From NCBI GenBank assembly GCA_964035545.1, contig OZ037772.1:12708818-12772817 (forward strand): 64,000 bases of DNA, in the 5' to 3' direction. This DNA comes from Bugula neritina. Its lineage: Eukaryota > Animalia > Bryozoa. This document shows, in pieces, positions 41,601 through 53,972 of this stretch. The notes under the pieces are model-generated. The model did not search any database. It had not been told where the DNA came from and was given only the letters and a program-made list of their open reading frames with translations. Made by a program: the position numbers and the translations under genes. Within the stretch, counting starts at the first letter, position 1. The number at the start of each line of letters is the position of its first letter.

Positions 41601-44600
41601 TTACTGGGGCATCCCATGTTGTCCCATCTTTACATATAGATTGCAAAATCTTTTTGCCACACAGTATGAAAGGAGATAAGAAGCCTAGAGGGTCAAATAA
41701 AGATGCTACTGTTGACAAAATTCTACGCTTTGTAGCTGGCTCAATTTGTTTGAGATTCATTGAGAATTTAAAATTGTCAGACTGCGTGCACCATTTAATG
41801 CCTAATGCTCTTTCCATGGGCAGAACACTGTTGCCTGTGTTCAAATTCAAGTCCTTAATTGTTTCAGCTTTTTCTGAATTTGGTATTGTATCTAGGAGTT
41901 GTGTACTGTTGCTTACAAACTTATGCAACCTAATATTTCCTGTTTTGCAAAGATCCACTGCTTGAGAAATTACATTGGCCATGTCTGTTACTGAATTTAA
42001 GCTCAATAATCCATCATCAACATAGAAATCATTGATTATAAAATCTTTAGCTCTAACACTGTGTTCATCGTTTGCATCGTGATTTTTATTTGCCAAGTAA
42101 CGTAAACCAAAGGTGGCGCATCCTGGTGAAGATGTCGCACCAAACAAATGTACAGTCATTCTGTACTCTGCTACTTTGGTTAAACTAGCATCAGTGTACC
42201 ATAAAAACCGAAGGTAGTCTCTGTCATTTTTGTGAACTTTGAACATGTGGAACATTTTCTGTATGTCGCACATAATCCCTACTTGGCCTTTTCTAAATCT
42301 GTGTAGAACACCTACCAGCCTATTCATTAGGTCAGGGCCCTGAATAAGATGGTCATTGAGAGACAAGTTTGCATATTTAGCACTACAATCAAAAACTACT
42401 CGGATTTTCCCTGGTTTTTTGGGATGATAGACACCAAAATGTGGTATGTACCATGTACTGTTGTTTTGAGATTTTTCACACTCTGGCACTAGCTCAGCAT
42501 CACCAGCATCAATTACGTCATTCATGAATTTTAAATAATCCTGCTTCAAGTGCTCATTCTTGCTAAGTTTAGTCTTAAGTGACTCAAGTCGCTTTTCAGC
42601 CATCAAGCGGTTATTGGGTAGGTAGGGCTTGGCATCAGTTTTAAATGGCAAAGGCATGGTGATATAACCCCCTTCATTTTGCTCAATACCTGCTTCTAAT
42701 TTGGAAACAAATAGCTTATCTTCTTGTGACATAGTTGTGCATGCTCTAGTTTGATTTTCCATGAAGTCTTGCTGTAGCAATTCAAGTACATTTTGAGGCA
42801 ATATTTGCTTGCTTGAGTTTGCAGTAGCACAATCAAAGGTTACAGCTGTCTGTTCATTTTTGCATGCATGCTCATTGGTCAAGGTTACTGTCCTACAGCA
42901 CGTGCTAAATTGCTTACTGCCAGGGTAGCTGGTATTTCCCACAATGCACCACCCTAGAGGTGTTCTAACAGCAAATGGGTCAGTGTCATGAGATCCTACT
43001 ATTAACTGCTGTGGCATAAGTGCTTTAGACACATCATAACCAATTAGCATAGAAACTGGTACATTTTCAAGACTTGGGAATTCATGTGCTATTTGCTGCA
43101 AATGAGGCCATGCATTTGCTACTTTGGCAGATGGAATATGTGACTTGTCAAGGGGAATAACTTTAGTTGAATATGCACAAGGAATAGCTATTTTGTCAGC
43201 ATTGTTATACCCACGAACCATCAAACCACTGTACCTACAGCATTCATTTGAGCTTTTAGTGCCATTCATAGTTGTAAGTTTTAATGAGGTTGCTTCACCT
43301 GGTGCATTTAAACAATCTGCTGCTTGAGTTGTAATAAAGGTAGTGTCAGACATGGTATCAAGCATAGCATATACCAAGATTTCCTTTTCGGGTGCACTTG
43401 CATCACACAGCCAGACTGGCACTACCATGGAACTCAGGCCAGAATTAGCTCTTACAGTACTACAGTTGTTTGCATTGCTAGCACTATCTATGTTTGATGC
43501 TACATTTCCTTTATCATTGGTTACACTGCTTTTGCTAGTAACTTTGCTACTATAATGACCATCATTTTGGGTATAACTTCCACTATTAGACGGAGACCTT
43601 CCAATATTCCCTGCATTGTCACGTGTACTACCATAATGCATGCTAGTGGGGTGCTTGCCTTGGCATTTTTTGCAGATACATACTTTGTTGCATTGAGCCT
43701 TGATGTGATTTGCCTTAAGGCATTGAAAACAAAGCCTATATCTACTTGCATACTGCTTTCTTTCATGTACTGACAACTTGCCAAACTTGAAGCATTCATC
43801 AATTTCGTGGTTACTCATGTCACAAAATATACAGTGCTTGCTTGATGTAAGAGAAGTTACACGTGTGTTAGCCACTGGTTTACTATAACTGCTGCTTATT
43901 GGTCTTTTAGCATCTATCCTATCAGCATGGTCCACACTAGCTGTCACAGGGTCATTAATAATATCAGATTCAGTTTTTACAAACTCTACAAACAAGCCAA
44001 ACTTTGGATAAGCACCATTTGCCTTTCTAAATTGCGTTAACTTCCTTTTCCACCTACTTGACATCCAGTCAGGAAGTTTTTCATACATGGATTTATTTTG
44101 CTGAGAATCATTGAGAATATTTAACTCATCAAATCTAAGCATGGCAGCTTCACATTGGCACAAGAAATCTGAATATTTCTGAATAGAAATTCTGTCATGA
44201 GGTTTGATCTTAGGCCAATTATTTAGTTTTGTTCTAAAGGATTCAGCTACTGTATAGCTAGAACCAAAACGTTCACGTAAAATTTCCTTTGCCTTACAAT
44301 ATGCATCATCACAATTTAGTAGGAAATATCCACTAATTGCCTCCCTTGCACTACCTCCCACATATTTTTTCAAATAATGAATTCTATCAGATTCAGGAAT
44401 ACTAGTTCTCTCAATAAGAGTTCTAAGGGAAATTTCCCAATCAGCATACTCAAGAGGGTTGCCACAGAAAACTGGTGGTTCAGGTATGGGGAGACGATTT
44501 ACATGCATAGCTTTAGTTATAGAATCTGCAAGGACATGTATATCACTGATATTGTTACTGCTCAAAGACTGCCCGTTACCTATTGCTGGATGCTCATTGT

Positions 44601-46601
44601 TTAAACTAGGTGCTATAACATTCAAATTTTCACCTACAGCTACTCTTTCGAGAGGAGGAATGATTGGGTCGCCATGCAAAGAAATTACATCAAGAGCGTC
44701 TTCTATTTCCTCCCTCTCATCTACATCATATTCTTCTAATACGTCACGCCTAACCATAATTCTTTGCTTTTTAGCTTCTAATTCGCTAGCTTGCAATTCT
44801 AATTGCATTGCATCTATTTGTGCTTTCAACTGTGCTTGCTTTCTTAAAGTTTCTAACTCTATATCAACATTTGCTGCTGCAAGTTTATTCTTAACCACTC
44901 GAATTGACCTATTACTTTTAGCGGAAATGCTACTAGCCTTAGTTGAATGCTTAGGGCTTTGAACTTCAAGAGGAGGTGAGGCACTGTGTTGCCCTTGATC
45001 AATTTCAGTACTTTTTGGCATAGATTCAAGAACTTTAGCCATTGTTTCTACTTGCTTAGCTACCTCACTAAGATCTTCACTACTACTGCTAGTTGGTAAA
45101 TTGCCAAGAACATGCAGCTCGGTTTGAGCTTCTAAAACTGCGCTTTGCATCTCAGAAATGTTTTCTGGATTATTAACTGGTTGACTTTTCAACAGCTTGT
45201 TAAATTTACGGATACAAGAATTTACAGACTTTAATCCTTTTACCAGCTCATTTTCTTGAGCCTTTTCAGATAAACCCCTAGTTCTGCTACTTTTCCTAGT
45301 TTCAGAAATACGGCTACCACTATGTATAGAAGACATGATTTTTGTTTCAAACACCACTTAAAACGTTACAACTAATTTGTCAAGTAATTACTAAGCAATT
45401 TTCCTAACCTATGAATTCATCAACCTAACACCACCAGAAAATGCCAACTAATTAATTTCAACAATTAACAAGGAACCGACCTCACCCTCAATGCAAGGTC
45501 ATCACATGCAATACAACAAAGGGACCAAATAATACTCCTATATACTAAGTTACTATAAGCCCTAGATTGCCTGGTATTTAAGAATATAATTGCTCACCCC
45601 TTCTTCTACTTCCGGAATGAATGGAGGTTTCAATTAATTCCAAATGAAATGTTAATGTTAATGCTGAAATTGTCCTCTTGGCTGAAGGTACGACTTCTTG
45701 GAAAGGAGTGGGTAGGTAGTAGGGAAAATGCTGCGAAATGGAACTTGACGGACTGCTATCTCTAGTTGGAGACGAGGACTTCACTGCCGACTCTCACAAC
45801 CACTTGGAAAGGAATCTTTATTCTCTCACCACCACTTGGAAGCAGCGCTTTACTGCTTCACCACTTGAGATAAAGTTTTTACTGTTGAGCAAGGTCTCGC
45901 CACAAAAATGGTTTTGGTACGGACTGAGAAGAAGTTTTAACAAATCTCTCACTTTTATTAATTTTCTTCTAAATCGTAAAAACTACAAGTAACATAAAGA
46001 ATACATATAGGTGTGCTAAAACTCATACAATACAGTTGTTCAAATACCAGCAAACATCACGATATAATATTAAAATATAACAGCAATAAAAATTGTAATA
46101 AAAGACATAAAGCATTATCAAGTTAAAAATAGCAAAGAATAATAATAAAATACCTTTATTCTCTTGACGAGCTTGCTATAATATCTTCAAAATTTAGCTC
46201 TTTGTCACTTAACTTAACAAAATAAGTAGCTCAGCTTAGGCTACATGAGTGACTGTCTTTTTGGAGTTTCAATGCTGCCTTAAATACCAGGGCAATCACA
46301 AAGAAAAGGTAATTACATCTAAATTTAGCTATAATTAGGGTCAGCTAACTATGGGGCACATGTAATAACCTCATAAAGGAAGATGGATCAGTTCCTGTCA
46401 AACCCATAAAAGCTGACTTCAACAAAGGTGGCGGTTAGGCTTTACCAATTATTAGGCAGCTGACTGCTGCACAGGAGAATGAACTATCTAATAATAACAA
46501 ATATCACCATTAAAAGCTAAAAATAAAAGTTCTAGTGGTATTTGTAACAAGGGCTATCATGCTTCTTTGTTAGATCCTTTACAATATATATATATATATA
46601 T

Positions 46602-46678
<77 letters not shown>

Positions 46679-49600
46679 CATATATAATTAGTTTATGAAA
46701 TATTGTAAGAAGATGATAAACTAACCAATTGTCATCATCAGCTGGCTGAGGGTTTACTCTTCGTCTAACTTTTGGGGGTCGCTCTGCATTATAGAAAGAA
46801 ATCTGACTAGCAACTTGACCATTAAAGATTTTAAAAAAAATGTACATATAATTAGCAGTTAGTGGAAAAATACATAGCCTGTTTTCTACATAGCGTATAA
46901 ACAGTATGCTAATCCCTGGGTTAATGAAGCTTTATTTGAAAAGTTAGAAGGAGATCTGAGCAAAAATGATAGAGCCTTCACACTTTTTAAAAAACAGCAG
47001 TAGCGAGTAGCATATCATACTTTAATTTGTTTTATTTCGACATAAAAATTATGACATTTATAACATAAAATAATATCTAATCTATAAACTTAACTTAGAA
47101 CACTTGTGGGCTCTAATAATGATTTAGCATTATATATGCATCTGTTCAGCAAGAAAAATTGAAGTTAATTATGAGAATAGGGAAATATTTTAAGTTAGCT
47201 ATTTTTAATAAATTGCTATCTTTAAAATTTTAAGTTGCAACAAGACATTTTTGACTCAACTTTTTAAACCCTAAATTTATTATCCTTCAACAAAGTTAAT
47301 AGGTAGTTATCTTACCTGTTTTTTCTAACCGTGAAATCATTTTTTCATATCTTATATTTTTCAAATTTATATACTCTGTTAAAGCGCTGATCTCTTCTCT
47401 CAACTTTTCATGCTCAGCTGCATGTTTCCGAAAGGTAGCGTCTACTCTATCTTTGAATGGCAAATCTTTATGTCTTTGTATGGAATAGCCAACTTCGTCT
47501 CTCAGCCTAATGAATTTCTCTTCCACTTCTGTTTGTCTCTGTCTCAGCTCGGCAGCTTCTTGTTGGCTGATGCTAGACCCCAGCTGACTTCTGTACTGCT
47601 CAAAGTCATCATCAGCTCGACGGTACAACTGCAGACACTCTCTTGTCCCAGAGGTGCCTTCTCTGTCATAATCTCTGAGTGACAATTCCTCAACAACTGC
47701 ATCAAGCTCTGGCATCAACTTGTAGACTTTGCTATCGACTAGTTTAATGGGAATGTTTTTTTCATCCATTTCACTCTCAGCCTACACCATATAAAACTCA
47801 GCTGAAAAAATTAGTACTTTCACGACTTTCATCCTACAATTATTTGATCTAGACTACGTTCATGTAAACAGGATAGAGCTTTATTGTTGAATAGTATATA
47901 GTTAATTATTTTCCTAAAATCAAGAAGATATTAAGGTATAAAAAAATTATGTCCACACATGCAGCAGCTCATGCATGTTAATGTCTGTTTGAAAAAGCAC
48001 ATTTTTTTACCATATATGTAACAGAATATTAGTTTGAAAATATTTTAACATGCAGGCAGTCTATCTTTGTATATGGCCTATATTATATATATTAAATGTA
48101 AATTTAAAAAACTATAAGATATTTTTTAAATCTTTGATCTATGTGTGAATCAAATTGTTAGAATTTAAACTAATAGTACTAAAATCTTAGTACTGCTGAG
48201 GTTAAACAAAACTATCTAATATCTACAGCTATATTCAACTAACCCGCACTGGCTTGACGTAGTTTATCTTCTCGTTTTCTGTTTCTCTGGGTGCACCCTA
48301 CAAAGTTTCATAGATGTTAAACACTTACAAGCTACAAAACAAAATATTCCAATACTTGCCAATTATTAATACATTGATTGCAAATTTAGCAATAATATTT
48401 GGTTGTATAGATAATGAGTTTAGGTTTTGACCCTCATTTCTGTTTTCACAAGCAGCTATAAAACGAACCTGCTTATAGAGCGTTTCAGGGCCTAGCAGAG
48501 TTTGTCCTTTAGATGCAGAGTCTGGTGGTAAGCAGTCCTGAAATTTATAACACTACACAGAGAGAAATATTAGTGCAGTGCTTGCACTAAAGCTGTTCAA
48601 AGAGCCTTTTATTGTCGGTATAGCCTGCACCACACCTTTAATAGTTGTTAGACCTGCACTTATTTTGATGAAATTGAAAATTAATCCGATTAGTGTAAGC
48701 TGAAAAATATTTTGTAGTAGCTCTGAAACCACTTAGTTGTTAAGTCAACGCTACTTTTCACAAGTATTACGTAATTATCATCCCTAGGTCTTAATGAAGC
48801 TAAACAGTAATTGATAGGAGCAGAAAGTGAGGTCAATGCTACAACTACATATGTTTAAGCAAAATTTTATTTACATAAGAATTATGGAACAATCCGCAAT
48901 TGTGCACCTAACAACATTATCCGTTCACATGTGCACTAATGATGATCACAAACCTTTATAGGAAGCTAGGATAGAGTTGAACCCTACATTTGGGTCATTT
49001 CGATTGGTGCTTCCCAGTTAGATGCTATTTATACATTTTACGTGCAATTTATTTGAATACTATTGAAATTTATGTGCATTTAAAAAAATTTGAGTCAATT
49101 GCTTTTTATAATTGGCACACAAATAAATTTCTTTGCTCTGCATAAACCTATTAATTTTGCATTTTCTATATTTGTTGTTTTTTGAAAAAATGTTATTATT
49201 AATGCATTTAATGGTTTTTTTCAACACAAATTTGAAAAAATTTAAATATTATTGCAATTATATCATATTAATGGTTATTTTATGTTTAGCAATTGATATG
49301 AAAGTTATAATTTTATAAGGGTATATAGGTATATAATACTTAGTACCAAAACAAAGAATACAACCTAACTGAGGAGCATATAAGTGGAATGAAACTCCTT
49401 CAACCTACTAGCTGTTTATGATTTCGGAATTTTTTTGAACCCAAGACATTTTCAAATAGCTTGTTACCAGACTACTATTAAACATTGCCCCAATCCGTTT
49501 ATCAAAGACTTAAGTTGAATTTATCAACAAAAAATTTCAACTGCACATATCTCTTGCATGGGTAGTTTAGGCTTCACTAGTCAATTTCATTCATGGAAAG

Positions 49601-52600
49601 GAAAGCCAACTAATTTAAAATGTGTGTAAAAGAGAAATCAGGGAGATGCATCATTAAACTCCAATGTACTCAGTTATCAGCAAATGTGTTTCAAACAAGA
49701 AGCTTAAAATTAACAATGAAACAAGCTAGTGAATAGTCAATTGTGGATCAGTTGAACCACTTCAAAAGCCTTGTGTAAACTTGTGTAAACTACCTGGTGG
49801 AACAAAAGAAGATGTTGCATAACAGAGCTATAGTAAGGAAATATTTAAATTGTGATTCAAAGGCAAGAAACTGGCTTACCAAGCATCGAAAGCGCAAAAC
49901 AAAGGTTATTACATAACAGCACATAGTTTTCATTCACTGCTATTGACCGAAGAAATATTCTGCCGGCATAGTGAACACCAGAGGCTCAGACTAAGAGGTT
50001 GTGCTTTGAGATTCAGTAATTTGTGCTTCCAAACAACCTTACAACATGGAAAACATTGAATCATTTCATCACATGGGTAAAGATTGCAGCTACCTCTCAG
50101 AGATAGAAGATGATCACTTTCTTTCAGAGTTAGGAACTGAAGTTGTCATTGCAGCAAAAGGTAAGCTCAATCATTTGCTTAACGTTGTCATTTTGATTTT
50201 ATATATCACAATCACAATGACAGTATGACTATTGCTGTATACAGATAATTGAATTTGTGCAACTATAACTTTTAAGAAACCACATTAACTGATATTTCCC
50301 AAACTACTCTATTCCTACATCAATTTGAATTTGATACAAGTTTTCCTGTAACAATATATTTTCAAAAAATGTAGCGTTTTATTTCCACTTCACCTTCTAG
50401 CAATTTGTGCTAAATTCATTAATTTGAATTCCCCCCCCCCCATTGTAGAAGTATTCATATTGTTAATAATGCAGTTTAGCAGCCTACAAGTAGTTATTAG
50501 CCTTAAGCAGCTGCCAAGCTAGCTTCTTGTTTTATAGCTAAGTACCAAAATGCCAATATTAGTGGTGAGTTGGCAAATTTTTTTATTAACTTCCGTGCTA
50601 CCAGTTTATTCTTTTATTTATCTTTGCACAGCACAATTAAATATAAAAACATGTTTAAGTAGCAATATTTTTCTTGGTAGTACTTTATTTGTTTTTCAAT
50701 TTATAGACATACTGAAACTTATCAATATTTGTTATCTCGATATGAGGGGTCCATATAAAATGCTGACTCCAGCTTAAATTGTGGTTCACTGACATTTTGA
50801 GATAATTTTAGTGCAGAGAAGCTTCTATTAACTAAACTAATTATGCCCAACAGCTCTTGCATTTGTAATTAAGAAAGAAGTAAAATAAAATGATGGCCAA
50901 AATTTTTACTAAATTGTGATAAGCTCAAACTAACCCAAACACTACGCAACATAATGATCATAAGTTTGCCAAAGCCTGTATGGTTATTCAGAATCAAACG
51001 ATTGGTACGATGGTGCTGAAAATATGCTGAAAGATTCATAGCTAACATCATTGATACTATTAGTTTTGGCCTTAGACTTCAGCTTCTTCAAAGTTGAACT
51101 TTATTTATAAGCTGCTTGTGATTGTATATGGTAACCAAATGTTTACTGTTCATACTAATACAGTTTAAATATTACCCAACTTTTATCTTTTGTTGTAGAT
51201 CCCATAACATTTTTTAAGAACATGCACTCAAAGATGCTGAATAGGAGCACAAAAAAGAATTTGACCGCTACAAAACTTCTAATCATGCCGAGACCTTTAG
51301 CCTGCAAGCAGACGCACTCACCACTACATTACAAGCTTCACTGGGTGCTCTCGACACTACACCTCACCCACTTCTCAAGAACTCAGCTGCCTTTTTTATA
51401 CTACTCCTTCTAGCTTCCCTGACCACTCAACTCCTCTCGGAGTTCTACCACACTTTACTAAATGCTGAAATTAGTTATAAAACTTCCCCCTCCCCCCCTC
51501 GCGTACTTGGGTTACTATCACAGACCTCGGACTTGCACACAGGTGTGCTAACCGTTACACACCACAACTGCTTGGTTATCGCTACACTACAGAGCAAGAA
51601 TGTAATGACACACACTATGGTCTTAGCAGGTTCTGCTAATATTGAGAAAAGTTAACTGAATTTACAGTCGTAGAAAATTCTTCAAATGCTTATTTTCATG
51701 TTTTTTTTTCTTATTTTAATCTTTAGAAGTTATTTTTTGTTGCATTTCTTATATTCAACTATCATATACAATAAAATCCACATTACTATACTCTCATACT
51801 GGTTAGAAGTTATGACAAGTTAGTTCAGAGTGATCAGTAATAATTTTTGCAGAAGCTTATTTCCAACAAAAATTAGAGCAGCATGGAACATTTATAAGTT
51901 CAGCTTTGAATATAACTTAGTTCAGCATTGAGCATATCTAAGATCATCATTGAACAGAAATAAGATCATCATTAAACATATATAATATCACTATTGAGCA
52001 TAAATAAGATCACCATTGAACATATATAATATCACTATTGAGCATAAATAAAATCACCATCGAAAATATTTAAGCTCACCATTGAACATATATAAGATCA
52101 CCATTGAACATAATTTGGCTCATTGTGATAAATACAAAGAATCAACTTCACAACTCTTTATATCAACATTGATCTAACACACTATTCACTGTGAACAGTA
52201 CCTGACACTAATTTCTGTTCACTGCTGGTCAATTTAGGGATCCAAAAAACGAGAGGTTTTAGTTGTCAGCTTATGTTCACTCTAACACTAATATTTCTCT
52301 CTGTGTATAGTTTTAATTAACTGTATTAAAATTGAAACAGAAGTCTAGCTAAACCTAAAATGGACAATTGAAAAAAAACTTTCAAAAGTTTTGAAATGAT
52401 ACTAAACAACTGATGCTGCAATACCTAACAAACCAATGCTGACTTTGCATGTGCTATATTTTTTATGTCGTGTTGTGTGGTGGTATGTAGTGTAATAGCA
52501 TGTGACAATAAGATGGTGCTGACTTGTAATGTATTACATGTTGATTTATTAGGTACAATTATTAAGAATATAAACTGATAATAACACTTTGGAATCTAGC

Positions 52601-53514
52601 AACTAACTAACCGTTTAGCAATGACTGCACATGCATTATGTATAGATGCTGACTATGACAATAATAAGGAAGTGCATGATTCACACAGATCTACTAAGTA
52701 TAGCTATTAGGTATAGCAAGACTCTAGGACAGCATAATGGCATGCATGATTTATAGAAAAGTTATATACCTCAGCTAATTTTTGCTGCTTGGAAATAGTT
52801 GTTCGTGGCATTGGAACTGGTTTCATGGCATAATCTGACTACAAAACAGACTTATCTGTGCACAAGCTGGTTCAACTACCATTGTAGTTACTGAAAAAAA
52901 TTTGTTTAAAAGTCTATTGTCATCTGCTTTTCAAACTAAAATCCTAAAATGCCTATTTTAAGCAATACGAGGAAAGGCAATCTATGAATTTAGGTGACAT
53001 ACATTTTGCATTTGAGTTAGTGAAATCTGAGTATAGAAAAAATTATAGTCACAAAGTTGGCTAGAACGTTTTTCTGGTCATATCAATTCACTTCCACATT
53101 TTGTTTATTATACTATGGATAAAACTTTTAGATAAATAATAATTAAATAATAATTTTGAATAAAAACTGTGGCTAAACAATACATGTTTGAGAAATAATT
53201 ATTGGTAGTATATATAGCATGGTCATATCAGACTTAAAGTGTGACCACAAAAAACTCCCTAAAGGTATCATTAGAAAATTGTTTTTTTTTAAACATATCC
53301 AATATCATACCGAAGTTAGCGAACAGCCAGTGAGTAAGTCAGCTGTCTCATTTTCGAAATCAACTATAAAACAAAGATATAGTTTAAACTATATATATAG
53401 GTAAATATTTTCTATGCAATGACTAAGAAATGGGTAAGGTATAACCAAAAACCTAACACTTGAATTTTATTTTACAAAGGTTGCATATGATAACTTTGCT
53501 GAATTTTATATAGG

Positions 53515-53558
<44 letters not shown>

Positions 53559-53903
53559 TTACGAGCTAGCAATTTAATTATAAATAAGTATACGAGAAAC
53601 ATTGTTGATTTATTACTTTATTAGGTAAAGTAATTATATACTGATATTTCGGGTACCACTGTACCCATCTTCAGAGTAGCAATGAATGAAATTCAAAAAT
53701 TATTACGTTACGTTAGACGTTAAGCATGACACAAGGAATAGAGAGTGGCAGTTATTGTAAATTATTGAAACTTAGGGAGATAATCTTATTTTATATTACG
53801 CAGGTCAAAAATTATACTGATTTTCTTGCATAAAAATAAATTAGAATTGACAAAAAAAAAAAAAAAACTAATAAAGTAATAAATCAACAATGTTTCTCGT
53901 ATA

Positions 53904-53972
<69 letters not shown>

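Noticed and set aside
40022-44962. Short ORFs overlapping the BEL ORF
   Set aside because: Antisense or alternate-frame shadows of Gag-Pol
49620-50165. Plus-strand coding-like stretch ending in a splice donor
   Set aside because: Multiple stops and no identifiable family; probably a decayed transposon gene
51926-52112. CRISPR-like array
   Set aside because: Contiguous tandem units with no unique spacers, no cas genes, eukaryotic context
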